Origin: Candidatus Latescibacterota bacterium
GTDB lineage: Bacteria > Latescibacterota > UBA2968
Direction of reading: 5' to 3'
Length of the DNA: 64,000 bases
Assembly: GCA_965204375.1 (NCBI GenBank)
Contig: OZ241986.1
Coordinates: 2,080,001-2,144,000 of the forward strand
The position numbers and the translations under genes were made by a program. Below the pieces are notes generated by a model. The model searched no databases. It was not told the DNA's origin and saw only the letters and a list, made by a program, of their open reading frames with translations. Position 1 is the stretch's first letter. Every line of letters begins with the position of its first letter. Of this stretch, positions 9,805 through 19,721 are shown one piece after another.

Positions 9805-10610
9805 ACTTCATCCTTCACACTTCCTCTCCATATCTCAAACGCATTTGCCGCAGGTCCCACCAGAAACAGCGCGTAAAACGGCGCGTAAATCGCTTCATTC
9901 AAGCGCAAAACCATCTCGACAAAAGCCACCAGAAACGCGACAAAGCACTGTCCTTTTCGCGTCAACACAGTCGTTCTGGGATCTGTAATCATAAAAAAAA
10001 TGAACAACTGATACATCGGTCCTGTAATCGGTGCAATACTCGTCAAATACGCCTGCCCGGTAAATGCGCAGCGAATAAGAGCAAAGGCCAAAAACGAAAT
10101 AACATATACCGCGCAAATATGAAACCGCCTCAATCGCCAGAGCGCAGCACTCCCCAGAATCCAGATAATTACCATTGTCCATAGGGTATTGCCCCACTGA
10201 ATGCTCAACCCCGCCACCACTTCAGGGGCGAGAAACAGCATAATACTCACCCCAAAATTGGACGGATTCCACAAATGCCTGCCGCGCCATCGCAACACAT
10301 ACTTAGATGCAATAGACAACACACTGCACAACACATAAGGCCAAAACAGAGGCGAGCGGATCAAAATGCCCACACTGATCCCGGTAATATACGCACTGAC
10401 CAGCCCCGGCCACACACCCCACGTCAACCGGCCCAATGCAAATTCCGTCAGCACGCTACTCAGGATAGCTGTCAGCGTCTGCCCCAGGCTCTCCAAAAAG
10501 CCAAAAGTAACCTGTCCCCCAATCAGAATGCACGTAATCAATGCCGGCGACAAATAGCGGCTTTGCAACCCCGCCCAGACCGACTGCCAGAACCCGCTCG
10601 CTCGATCCAT
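9801..10610 (-). CDS. UnbU-like / RnfD-NqrB-related integral membrane protein
   Basis: SKYVLRWRGRHLWNPSNFG and LFIFFMITDPRT motifs; lies directly downstream of an UnbV-like gene. Confidence 0.75.
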   Translation of the reverse strand: MDRASGFWQSVWAGLQSRYLSPALITCILIGGQVTFGFLESLGQTLTAILSSVLTEFALGRLTWGVWPGLVSAYITGISVGILIRSPLFWPYVLCSVLSIASKYVLRWRGRHLWNPSNFGVSIMLFLAPEVVAGLSIQWGNTLWTMVIIWILGSAALWRLRRFHICAVYVISFLAFALIRCAFTGQAYLTSIAPITGPMYQLFIFFMITDPRTTVLTRKGQCFVAFLVAFVEMVLRLNEAIYAPFYALFLVGPAANAFEIWRGSVKDEV

Positions 10611-10611
10611 T

Positions 10612-12408
10612 TCAATTCTCTAAAATCCGATGCATCCGCCGCACATCGGGCGCGTAAAACATCTGTACCTGTCCCGACGGCCAGCGTATTGAAACGCTAT
10701 CAACCGCCACGCCCTCGCCTAAACCAAAATGCAGCGGGCGTTGATTCTGTGCGGCATAGCCGCTACCGCCCAACACCTCCTGCACCTGCACCTCGTCATT
10801 CCAAAACACCTGCACCCGCGCCCCAATCGCACTGCGATTGCTCTGCTGCCCAACCAGCTCGAATCCAATCCAGTTTGCCTCTGCCCGCACTGTGTTGCGG
10901 TACAACAAAAGCGGTCCCCGCTGATTGGCCACCACCACATCCAGTACCCCCCGGTTCCACAGATCGGCCAGAGCCACAGCTCGCCCATCGAATCGATCCC
11001 GAACACCCACTGCCTGTGCCACCTCGACAAATTGTCCCGCCCCGTCGTTCACCCAAACGCGCTTGGTCTGATGACCTGCCAAACTTCTGCCTCGCATCGG
11101 AGGCCAGTTTTTCGCATCAGAAATAATCGCGCTATGCCCGCCCGCCACCTGAGAAAAATCGTACCAATAATTCCCATTTCCATCTGCCGAAACATACCCA
11201 TTGGTCAAAACGAGATCCAGCGCCCCATCGTTGTTCAAATCCCCAAACTGCGCGCCAAAACTCCACCCACCCAGATCCACGCCCATCGCCCCGGCCAGAT
11301 TTTCAAACCGCAAGGTCTCGTCTCCCATGGGCACCCACAAATTATTCCCCTGAATGAGAACACCCGCCTGAGATATATTGGTCTCGTAAATTGCCAGATC
11401 TCCTCGATTCAGCACATCGCCAAATGCGGCATTCATACCGCTCTTAGGCTGGCGCCCTACCCCAGCTTGCTCTCCCATCTCGACAAACTGCTTCCCCCCC
11501 TCGTTCACATACAACTCGGAAATCCCGTAATCATTGGACAAAAACAAATCGGGAAACCCGGAGCCGTTCAAATCCGCTGCCGCCACCGCCAGAGTCCATC
11601 TTCTGCTCCTGATCCCGACCCTCATCGTCACATCTTCAAATGTCCCATCGCCCGAGTTCCTCAGCAAATACTTTCGCCCTCCATTATTCGCATATTCAAA
11701 ACTCTCCGGCATCATCCGCGTAGTCTCCAAATCCCACAAATTCAGGGACTCGGGCCAGTAACCCGCCACAAAAATATCCAGATACCCATCGCAATCGTAA
11801 TCTACCCAAATCGCACTCCCGGCATTGATCCACCCGGGCAAACTCGCTGTTTCCGTCACGCGCTCAAACGCCTTCCCCTCCAGATTGCGAAACAACTCGG
11901 GACGGCCCCATTTATACAAAAACAAATCTTCGAACCCATCGTTGTCATAATCCCCCCACACGGACCCCATACTCACACCCGCCCGATTCACATCTGCCAC
12001 GCCCAAATCGGTCGCTACATCGCGGAAACCCGTTCCCTCTATATTGCGATACAACCGATTCAAACTACCCCTGCGACTACTGGCCACATACAAATCCTGC
12101 CAACCATCCCGGTCGTAATCCACAACCGATACCGCCGCGCCCATTGAAGCAATAATCGGCATAATATGATCCAGCTTTGCATCCAACACAGGAACTTCAT
12201 GTACAAAATCAATCCCCACCTGTTTTCCAACTTCTTTCAGGTAAAATCCATATCGCTCAGAGCCTGTGCCACTCACTTTCTCCTCTTGCTCACCACCCCA
12301 CTTCATCGCGCCCAATGCCACCAGCAACAGCCCAAAAAACACCACCACCAGAATCCGTACGACGCGATTGGGACGCCTCCCATCTGTACTGCTATCTTCC
12401 CGATTCAT
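10612..12408 (-). CDS. CRTAC1/ASPIC-UnbV family FG-GAP beta-propeller protein with N-terminal membrane anchor
   Basis: DYDRDGWQDL, DYDNDGFEDL and DLNNDGALDL repeats; C-terminal SNRSAIGARV...GGSGYAAQ...LHFGLG...IRWPSG. Confidence 0.9.
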   Translation of the reverse strand: MNREDSSTDGRRPNRVVRILVVVFFGLLLVALGAMKWGGEQEEKVSGTGSERYGFYLKEVGKQVGIDFVHEVPVLDAKLDHIMPIIASMGAAVSVVDYDRDGWQDLYVASSRRGSLNRLYRNIEGTGFRDVATDLGVADVNRAGVSMGSVWGDYDNDGFEDLFLYKWGRPELFRNLEGKAFERVTETASLPGWINAGSAIWVDYDCDGYLDIFVAGYWPESLNLWDLETTRMMPESFEYANNGGRKYLLRNSGDGTFEDVTMRVGIRSRRWTLAVAAADLNGSGFPDLFLSNDYGISELYVNEGGKQFVEMGEQAGVGRQPKSGMNAAFGDVLNRGDLAIYETNISQAGVLIQGNNLWVPMGDETLRFENLAGAMGVDLGGWSFGAQFGDLNNDGALDLVLTNGYVSADGNGNYWYDFSQVAGGHSAIISDAKNWPPMRGRSLAGHQTKRVWVNDGAGQFVEVAQAVGVRDRFDGRAVALADLWNRGVLDVVVANQRGPLLLYRNTVRAEANWIGFELVGQQSNRSAIGARVQVFWNDEVQVQEVLGGSGYAAQNQRPLHFGLGEGVAVDSVSIRWPSGQVQMFYAPDVRRMHRILEN

Positions 12409-15400
12409 GGCCTGTCATTCCTCAGTGCCCGATCAAACCAATCGGGCGTCACATACCGCGTGTGAAACCGCTGCCAGTCCTCTGCATTGCGCTTAAACAC
12501 CGGATCATCTTCAAGTGTTTCAGGCGCGCGATCATAAGACAAAACCCCATGTGCCGGCAAGGGCAACACCGTCGTTGAAAAAGCCGTATTATAATCGCCA
12601 TCCTTAACCCATCCGTCGCCTTTCAAAACAAAATTCCGCACCTGCTCTCCAGGATTGGGCAAAGCAGCAAACAGCAACTGGATTTCATCTCCCGCATTCA
12701 CAATCGCATATCGGTCATCAACCTGTGCCAGCAATGGCTCTACATCTCCATATCGCGTGTAATACCCCACGAGATCTCGCCACATTTGAGAAGTCCCACT
12801 AAGCACGTCATAATCCGGCACCTCGGGCGAACTCACATCTGCCGTCACATGAGAAAACCCGCGATAACGCAACTGCGCGCGCGCCAAAGGCACAGATTGA
12901 ATCGTCATCACACTGTCTTCAAGCGGCACGGCCCACGCCAAACGATCCCAATAAATTTCCAAATTGGTCTGCAATCTAAATTTTCGGGGAATATCTCGCG
13001 GAAAAACACCACTCAGATCGATCAACACCGTCTTGCGCTTTCCGGCAGGAAAACCCAGATCGGGATACACGACGCGCCAATCAGTCCCATCAAATACATG
13101 CAGTGAAAGTCCCTGGGGCGGCGGATGGCTACCCTGTCCCAGCGCCACATTGATCGAACTATCCGTCGGGTGAATCCATCCTTGACCGACCAGCCACAGA
13201 GAACCTTCTCTGGGCACCTCGTCTCCCACCACCACCTCCACATAGTGCTCTCGCGTCACCCCTTGATACATACCCCGCCCAAAAGTATCCACATACTGTC
13301 CATCCCGAACCCGCACCCTATCGGTCATATCGCGCCCTCGATCATCTTTCACAATGACAAAAGGGCGGGGCTGCGTAGTCGCGTAAATCTCAAGTGATGG
13401 CGCAACCTGGGCAAAACGCTCATCCACAAAAATCGACGTTCCCTCGGGATGATCAACCGCAACGAGAGACACCCAATCGACAAAATGCGTCTCCCACAAC
13501 TCGCCCGTAATCCGGATATCGTACACCCCATTTTGAGCAGCCAATTGATCACCTCTGATCTTCACCCAATCTTCCGTCTGAGCAATACCCGCAACCACCT
13601 GGGCATTGATCCGCATGCCCAGAGGTGACCGCCACAAAAAATCCGTTACAAACCCCATCTCCGACCCATTGTGCGCAAAAACCCAGGGACACGACCCCTT
13701 CAACCGCTGTACAGCACGCACCACCTGATCCACCTCCAGATCAAACTCCACCTGAGGCATCCCATTGGGCCACACAATCCGCACGAGATCTGCCCCCGTA
13801 TAAGTCCCCAACCCAAAATGCACCACTGGATCCGTCACCACTTGCTTCTGGTAAAACACACCAGAACGCAACTCCATTTCTGAACCCAAACCCAGTGCAT
13901 TGATCCGCCCATCGCCCAGTGCCTTTCCGCCCTGGGGACGAATCGCCTGCCAGTGATACGCCAAATTGCCTCGATTCACCAGTTGCAACGCCTCGCCTGC
14001 ATTCGAAACACCCAGCAAATCGAGCCGACCATCGCCCGTCAAATCCGCCACACCAGTCACTCGTGCTTGCAGGTCCAGAGCATGATAAGTCGCCTCCGAC
14101 GCCAGATAGGCGCGTTTGCCAAACACCAGATCCAGCGCGCCATTATTATCCAGATCCGCTATGAGAAGAGGAACAGGACCAGTGGTTGAATTCCCTTGAA
14201 TCAGCGTGCGTATCTCCCCTTGCGACACAGCGATCACAGCGCCATCTCGATCTACAACCACGCGCTCTAAGCGCCCATCTCGATCCAGATCTCCCGCGCT
14301 TAACGCAATCCCATTTACCGCCTTTTTTGACCCCGGTGTAAATACACCCGCTCTCTCGTTGATCGCCTCGATCAACTGCCCTTCCCGATCCAGCATCGCC
14401 GCATCGGGATCGCCATCTCCATCGCAATCTACCCACACAAAACCCCTCAGTCCATCTACATTACCGAAGAGTTCTCGCGCTACAAACGAACCATCCCCAT
14501 TATTCTGCAACACGAGAGGCGGCCCTGTAGAACGCCCCAACACGAAATCGACATCGCCATCCATCTCTACATCCGCTCCCCAAACACCAGCCATCTCTCT
14601 TTCGTCCAACCCGATGGAATCTGTCACATCCTCAATCCCACCATCCCCAGTACGCCGAAACAATCGAAAACCCTCTGACCCCACCAGCGCCAGATCTAAC
14701 GCAAAATCGTTATTCCAATCAACCGTCAGCATCCCATCCATCCCCGACACATCGGAAAAATCGAGCGCAATCCCCTCCGTTCCCCGCACTTGAGAAACAC
14801 TTGCAGCAACCACCTCTACCTCTTCTTTCGACCAGAAAGGCTTGAGCACCTGCCAATCACTTCCCTCCAAACCCGCAACGAGTTCGGGTTCAAAGTACAT
14901 GTCCAAATCCGCAGGCGACGGCATAGCCTGGGGCGCCCTGAGCTTCAAAAATTCAACCACGGGATCTCCCAGGCGTTCAGCCGGGACAATCAGCGCATCC
15001 AGAGCGCGTCGATACATCGGATCGCGCAACAACACATTGTGCAAAAACATCGCCTGCAAAGTGCTCTCCCCTTCCGCCTCACCCTGCAACCGTTGCAACT
15101 GCACCTGCGCCGCATCTGGCCAGCCTTCTGCCCACGCGCCCAACTTCTCCACCGATGCGCGCAGAGCCTCTTCATCGCCCCGTTTGCCCGCCTGCCTCGC
15201 CCGCTCCAGCCACAACGCAGGATTGTCCGGCACCTGTTTAATCAGGGCTTCCAATTGCACCCAAACCTCCTGATCGCTACCTGCTCCTCCTCGCCGTTCA
15301 ACCTCCTTTATCAGCGCGTACTGCGCCTTCACAAGCCCCTGTTGCGCCGCTTCCTCAAAAAACGCGATAGCAGCATCGGATTGTCCTCTACTGCGCTCAA

Positions 15401-15719
15401 CCAATCCCTGTAACATCGAGATCGCACCGCTCTCGGGCATCTGTGAACGCGCTGTCTCCAGGTCTTTTGCAGCCCCGTCGTAATCCCCGCGCCGCAACCG
15501 CAACACCCCGCGATTTGCCCACGCAGCCGGCTCATCGGGTTCCATTGTAAGGGCACGGCTCAAACTGGCATCCGCCCGGTCAAAAGCACCCACCTCCAGC
15601 GCGAACACACCCGTATAGAATGCAGAGACATAATCCGCGGATGGCGTAGCCATCTCCTCCTCTCCGCATCCAAGCCCCAACACCACCAACAACCCGATCA
15701 TGCGACGAATATCAAGCAT
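12405..15719 (-). CDS. Lipoprotein with TPR repeats, FG-GAP repeats, ASPIC/UnbV domain and a long C-terminal domain
   Basis: Lipobox LGLGC; TPRs (AAWANRG); DWNND/DCDGDGDPD/DLDNNGALD repeats; VHFGLG...RIVWPNG; KGSCP...GWVKDGDYNT. Start at ATG 15719. Confidence 0.82.
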   Translation of the reverse strand: MLDIRRMIGLLVVLGLGCGEEEMATPSADYVSAFYTGVFALEVGAFDRADASLSRALTMEPDEPAAWANRGVLRLRRGDYDGAAKDLETARSQMPESGAISMLQGLVERSRGQSDAAIAFFEEAAQQGLVKAQYALIKEVERRGGAGSDQEVWVQLEALIKQVPDNPALWLERARQAGKRGDEEALRASVEKLGAWAEGWPDAAQVQLQRLQGEAEGESTLQAMFLHNVLLRDPMYRRALDALIVPAERLGDPVVEFLKLRAPQAMPSPADLDMYFEPELVAGLEGSDWQVLKPFWSKEEVEVVAASVSQVRGTEGIALDFSDVSGMDGMLTVDWNNDFALDLALVGSEGFRLFRRTGDGGIEDVTDSIGLDEREMAGVWGADVEMDGDVDFVLGRSTGPPLVLQNNGDGSFVARELFGNVDGLRGFVWVDCDGDGDPDAAMLDREGQLIEAINERAGVFTPGSKKAVNGIALSAGDLDRDGRLERVVVDRDGAVIAVSQGEIRTLIQGNSTTGPVPLLIADLDNNGALDLVFGKRAYLASEATYHALDLQARVTGVADLTGDGRLDLLGVSNAGEALQLVNRGNLAYHWQAIRPQGGKALGDGRINALGLGSEMELRSGVFYQKQVVTDPVVHFGLGTYTGADLVRIVWPNGMPQVEFDLEVDQVVRAVQRLKGSCPWVFAHNGSEMGFVTDFLWRSPLGMRINAQVVAGIAQTEDWVKIRGDQLAAQNGVYDIRITGELWETHFVDWVSLVAVDHPEGTSIFVDERFAQVAPSLEIYATTQPRPFVIVKDDRGRDMTDRVRVRDGQYVDTFGRGMYQGVTREHYVEVVVGDEVPREGSLWLVGQGWIHPTDSSINVALGQGSHPPPQGLSLHVFDGTDWRVVYPDLGFPAGKRKTVLIDLSGVFPRDIPRKFRLQTNLEIYWDRLAWAVPLEDSVMTIQSVPLARAQLRYRGFSHVTADVSSPEVPDYDVLSGTSQMWRDLVGYYTRYGDVEPLLAQVDDRYAIVNAGDEIQLLFAALPNPGEQVRNFVLKGDGWVKDGDYNTAFSTTVLPLPAHGVLSYDRAPETLEDDPVFKRNAEDWQRFHTRYVTPDWFDRALRNDRP

Positions 15720-17700
15720 CGTGCTCCTTCCATCCCGGTATCGAAATATCCATCCGCCGCTCAGGCGCATAGATCCTATCGCCCTTATAAGGCGTATCCT
15801 GCGTCAAAATATAAATTGCGCCCTCGTACACATACGTAATCTCATCCCTCGGATCTCCCACCACATCTTCTATAACCCCACCCGACCAATCGAATGGCAC
15901 TCCCTCGCACACGGGTTTGATCACCTTGCGACACGCCGCGTCGTAAAACCCGAATGCTTCCGCGCTGGTACTGAGAAACAACAACTCGTGTCCATCGCCT
16001 ACCCAGTTCACAGCCGGTCCACCCTGGCTCGTGTTATCCGGCTCCATCCGGGATAGCGGATCCCCCTGCCCATTCACCAGATTCATAATCCCATAAGTTC
16101 CCCACCGATCGCCCATCCACATCTCCAACCCCGGCAAATCGGGTCTAAAATTCCCCGCGTAAATCCCCTGCACATGCCCATAGCGGTGGTGCCGCAACAA
16201 AGTGCCATCCCGCGCATCCACCAGGAAAAATCCCGGATCGCTCCCCGCAATTCCGACCTCTGGCCCATTGCTCTCATCCCCATCCAATTCCCCAAAAGAA
16301 GCGTGGTCAATATGTCCTGCACCGCCAGAATCCTCGATGTACTCCGCCCCCTCCATTGTCCAGAGATGATTGCCATCCCCATCGTACAGATCGTAACCGG
16401 GCAAAATTTCGTCTCGACCATCTCCATCCACATCGTAAAACCAGATATACATCCCATACCACGCATTGTGCGCATCCTGCCGCCAGCGCAAGTTCAAATT
16501 TTCGTCAAATGCCCAGATCGAATACCCGGTGCCCGCACCGTCACCATCCCGCAAAATCAAATCCTGCGCCTTCTCTGTCTTTCTAATTTTACAGGGCCAG
16601 ATCACCCTGAGCGAATGCAAAACATCTCCCATGCTCGCATTCCTGTATCCCCGATACGGTCCCGTCCTCGGCAATTCTGTTTCCGCTGTCACTTCACCCG
16701 ACTTTCCACTCACCAGCTTTAACCGATCATCCTCAATACCGATAAAATCTTCCACCCCATCCCCATCCAGATCGTGTACCACAGATCTTTGCAGCCCTTT
16801 TGCAGCGGAAAAAGTCCGATCGTATTGCACTTCCCCGTCAAAATTCAAGCACGCGACGCGCACGCCTTCATCCGTCTCCTTCTGCAACACAATTTCCTTT
16901 TGCCCCGCCCCTCTAAAATCGCCGTATCGGACCTCACACGGCCAGAACTCGCCGATATCAATCCGCTTCCACAGCACGGGCTTCGGATACTTCTCCGCCT
17001 CCTCTGCCACCTCTTTTTCATAGGCGTCTAATCGACTCACATACGCGGCATTGGCAGATGCACTCGTTGTAGCGCGCACCGCGCGCATGCGACTTCGCGT
17101 ATTTGTACGCACGCCCACCTTCCCCGTCGGAAAACGATCGTCATAAGCCACAAATGCCTGCTCGCCATTCACATAACACGCAAACCGCTCGCCCTCACAC
17201 ACCACTTTTAGCGCGTAATACTGTCCCCTATCAAATCCATTGGGCAGATCCGCAAGCATCGTCCACGCCTCGTCTTCTCTCCGATAGAGCACAAACCGAT
17301 CAAATCCCTCCATACAAAAATAATAATACTGCCTCAAATCCTGATACCGCACCATAACCCCCGACCGGGCGACAATCGCGTGGGGATCGTCATTCCCCGG
17401 CTGGGTATATGCGTTCAACTGTCGCACCTGCGCTTCCACCGTGTAATCCCCCCACAGCGGCTCACCCGCCACCAGGCACCGATCCGATTTGGCAGTGTGC
17501 TCCAACACCTCTGTGTCGCCATCTTTCACCACCCGATAGTTGCTCAGCATATTCCACTTGGGGGGCGCGACCAGCGCATTCCCCCAGCCCTTGAAATATT
17601 GCTCCTCTATACTCTGATCCGGTTCTGTCTTATCCAGCACCGTCCCCAGCGGACATCCCGTTAGGTCAATCTCCGCCAGCAATTGTTCATTGTTTGCCAT
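15712..17700 (-). CDS. ConA/DUF1080-like N-terminal domain fused to a PL11 (YesW)-like FG-GAP beta-propeller; no signal peptide
   Basis: WGDYTVEAQV...GVMVRYQD..YY...YALKV...GKVGV beta-sandwich, then DLDGDGVED, DVDGDGRDEI..G, GHIDH, GHVQ...GNFRPDLPGLE. Confidence 0.6.
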   Translation of the reverse strand: MANNEQLLAEIDLTGCPLGTVLDKTEPDQSIEEQYFKGWGNALVAPPKWNMLSNYRVVKDGDTEVLEHTAKSDRCLVAGEPLWGDYTVEAQVRQLNAYTQPGNDDPHAIVARSGVMVRYQDLRQYYYFCMEGFDRFVLYRREDEAWTMLADLPNGFDRGQYYALKVVCEGERFACYVNGEQAFVAYDDRFPTGKVGVRTNTRSRMRAVRATTSASANAAYVSRLDAYEKEVAEEAEKYPKPVLWKRIDIGEFWPCEVRYGDFRGAGQKEIVLQKETDEGVRVACLNFDGEVQYDRTFSAAKGLQRSVVHDLDGDGVEDFIGIEDDRLKLVSGKSGEVTAETELPRTGPYRGYRNASMGDVLHSLRVIWPCKIRKTEKAQDLILRDGDGAGTGYSIWAFDENLNLRWRQDAHNAWYGMYIWFYDVDGDGRDEILPGYDLYDGDGNHLWTMEGAEYIEDSGGAGHIDHASFGELDGDESNGPEVGIAGSDPGFFLVDARDGTLLRHHRYGHVQGIYAGNFRPDLPGLEMWMGDRWGTYGIMNLVNGQGDPLSRMEPDNTSQGGPAVNWVGDGHELLFLSTSAEAFGFYDAACRKVIKPVCEGVPFDWSGGVIEDVVGDPRDEITYVYEGAIYILTQDTPYKGDRIYAPERRMDISIPGWKEHDA

Positions 17701-17774
17701 GACTCCCTCCGAGTTGAAAAAATGGAAACTACATCGACGCGATATCTCTTATCCTGCCATCGATAAACCTGAAC

Positions 17775-19721
17775 TCAAAATACATGCACCACATGTCCCT
17801 GCCCCGGAAACCAGACCAGGTCCACCACAAAAGACAGCGTTACTGCCAGGGCATATCCAACCAACAGACCAATAAAAAAAGGCTGCCACTGGCGGTACAA
17901 CACCATCCCCCCTCCCTTCAGCAACAACCCCTTGACCGCCCAAACCAGAAAGGCCGAAAACGCCAGTTCCCGTGTAAAATTGGTGCCGGGAATGGTCAGC
18001 CCGATCGGGTGAAGCGGCCACCTCGGAAACCGATAACGCAAAAAACTCAGCAGTCCCATCAGCGCGGCACCCATACCGAACAGCATCAGTCGGGTACTGT
18101 CCGTACCCTGTGGCGTCTTCATCTTGGCAACCGCCGCATTAAAGGCCGCTTTGTTCCCACTTCTATAGGGCCACACATCAAAATGATAGGCTCCGTGGAC
18201 ATAGGCCAGGTGAAGTGTAAATGCAAGCGATACCACTACACTCAGCGCCAGGCCAAATACCACAGCCCAGAGCAGAAGGCGTCGATTGCCACGCACAAAA
18301 TCTGCCAGCCGTGCCCCGTGTACCACCCCGGGCATAAACAGTCCCCGGTAGGAAATCAACGCATAGGAAAATGCCAATGCCGTCATCGTCGCCCCCGACA
18401 GGGTACGCGTACCCAGAGCAGCCATCGTAAATGCCTGACCGCTCAGCGGGGTGCGCACATAAATCAACCCGGTCTCCGCCACGATCTTGGCTACTCCCAC
18501 ATACGTCACCAGCGTTGCTAAAATACACAGAATGGCGGCACCATAGGCCATCCCCGCCGCGTGTAACCACAACACCAGGTACCCCAGTCCGATAAACAAC
18601 CCCCATACCGCCGCCCGGTAGCCCATCATCTCATCTGAATCTCCGGCGTTCCGATCCCCTCTAAAAGCACTGCGGAACGCGGTGTAAAAGTGCCTCCGGG
18701 CCATCCACAACCCCCAGCCCACAAATACGGTCAACGCCCCGAACCCCTCCCAGCCCGCCACCTCGTATGACGAGCCCCAACTATCGGAGTTCTTCAAACC
18801 AAATCCCAGACGCCTTAAGATACCCACCTGAAATACATTCAGTACATAAAAAAACCAGACGCTAAACAACACTTCCAGGTTGGCAAAATACACAAACCCG
18901 ATCGTAAACAAATTGAGCTTGATCCGGATCCCGGGGAAATTGCGACCCAGTGGTAGCGATGTTCCAGACCGGTAACTGCCCGTGGGAAATTTAGGTGCCC
19001 CAGGAGAAAAATACGACAGGATGTTCCAGGCAATCATCCCAAATCCCGTCACAGCGCCCGACCAGAACAACCTTCCCCCAATCATCCGTATCCCGTGTTT
19101 TGGCGCCGAGACCAGATCCACCGCCACATTTGCCAGCGGATAGACCAATCGCTCGTGATCCACCCACTGCCGCCGCAACAAAACCGCCAGACAGATCGAC
19201 ACACACGCCGCTGCACCGATAAAACTCAGCCACCAGAACAGTGGCAAAACCCACTCTCCCCACGGCACGGCCTGTCCGGGCGGTAATCCCTCAAAAAACC
19301 ATGTCATCGCCCGCCCGTCTTCCGAGGGCGCCATCCACGGTCTGATGTGATTGTGCAGGTAGGGTGCCCACCCATTCTCCGGTGTAGCAAAATAAAATGG
19401 CGCCGCAAGAATCCCCAACAAATACCCCGGCAGTCCGTCTGCCGCCGGGACCACCGCACTGACCAACCCCATCGTCAACGCCACCAGCAAATCCGAACGT
19501 CCGAACGCCCACTCGGGTTTTTTCGCTTTGAGCACCGGATTCACAATCAGAGCACACAGCACAAAGGGCACAAATAGTGCCAGCGCAAAATTGCTCATGT
19601 TCAACCGGGAGGCCCGCACAATAAACTCAGAATAGGTAGCCCAAACGCTCACCAGCACCACAAAAAACGCCCCCAGAACCACCGCGCGAATCTTAAACCG
19701 ATCGTCTCGCACCTGCGCCAT
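17775..19721 (-). CDS. DUF6785/DUF6784-like polytopic membrane protein (paralog 1)
   Basis: 648 aa, highly hydrophobic; FATPENGW, VPW..W..PLFWW, RQWVDHERLVYP, WPLHPIG, VWFPGQGH; two clear paralogs in the window. Confidence 0.8.
   Translation of the reverse strand: MAQVRDDRFKIRAVVLGAFFVVLVSVWATYSEFIVRASRLNMSNFALALFVPFVLCALIVNPVLKAKKPEWAFGRSDLLVALTMGLVSAVVPAADGLPGYLLGILAAPFYFATPENGWAPYLHNHIRPWMAPSEDGRAMTWFFEGLPPGQAVPWGEWVLPLFWWLSFIGAAACVSICLAVLLRRQWVDHERLVYPLANVAVDLVSAPKHGIRMIGGRLFWSGAVTGFGMIAWNILSYFSPGAPKFPTGSYRSGTSLPLGRNFPGIRIKLNLFTIGFVYFANLEVLFSVWFFYVLNVFQVGILRRLGFGLKNSDSWGSSYEVAGWEGFGALTVFVGWGLWMARRHFYTAFRSAFRGDRNAGDSDEMMGYRAAVWGLFIGLGYLVLWLHAAGMAYGAAILCILATLVTYVGVAKIVAETGLIYVRTPLSGQAFTMAALGTRTLSGATMTALAFSYALISYRGLFMPGVVHGARLADFVRGNRRLLLWAVVFGLALSVVVSLAFTLHLAYVHGAYHFDVWPYRSGNKAAFNAAVAKMKTPQGTDSTRLMLFGMGAALMGLLSFLRYRFPRWPLHPIGLTIPGTNFTRELAFSAFLVWAVKGLLLKGGGMVLYRQWQPFFIGLLVGYALAVTLSFVVDLVWFPGQGHVVHVF

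Noticed and set aside
10729-12147. Long antisense ORFs (also 32408-33856, 36516-37727, 26513-27607, 29674-30609 and others)
   Set aside because: They are shadows of well-supported genes on the opposite strand, with P/H/R/I-biased composition explained by codon bias and skew, and no family motifs.
9801-12408. Enediyne biosynthetic cluster or Rnf/Nqr complex
   Set aside because: No PKS, thioesterase or UnbL gene, and no other Rnf/Nqr subunits or flavinylation motif in the window.
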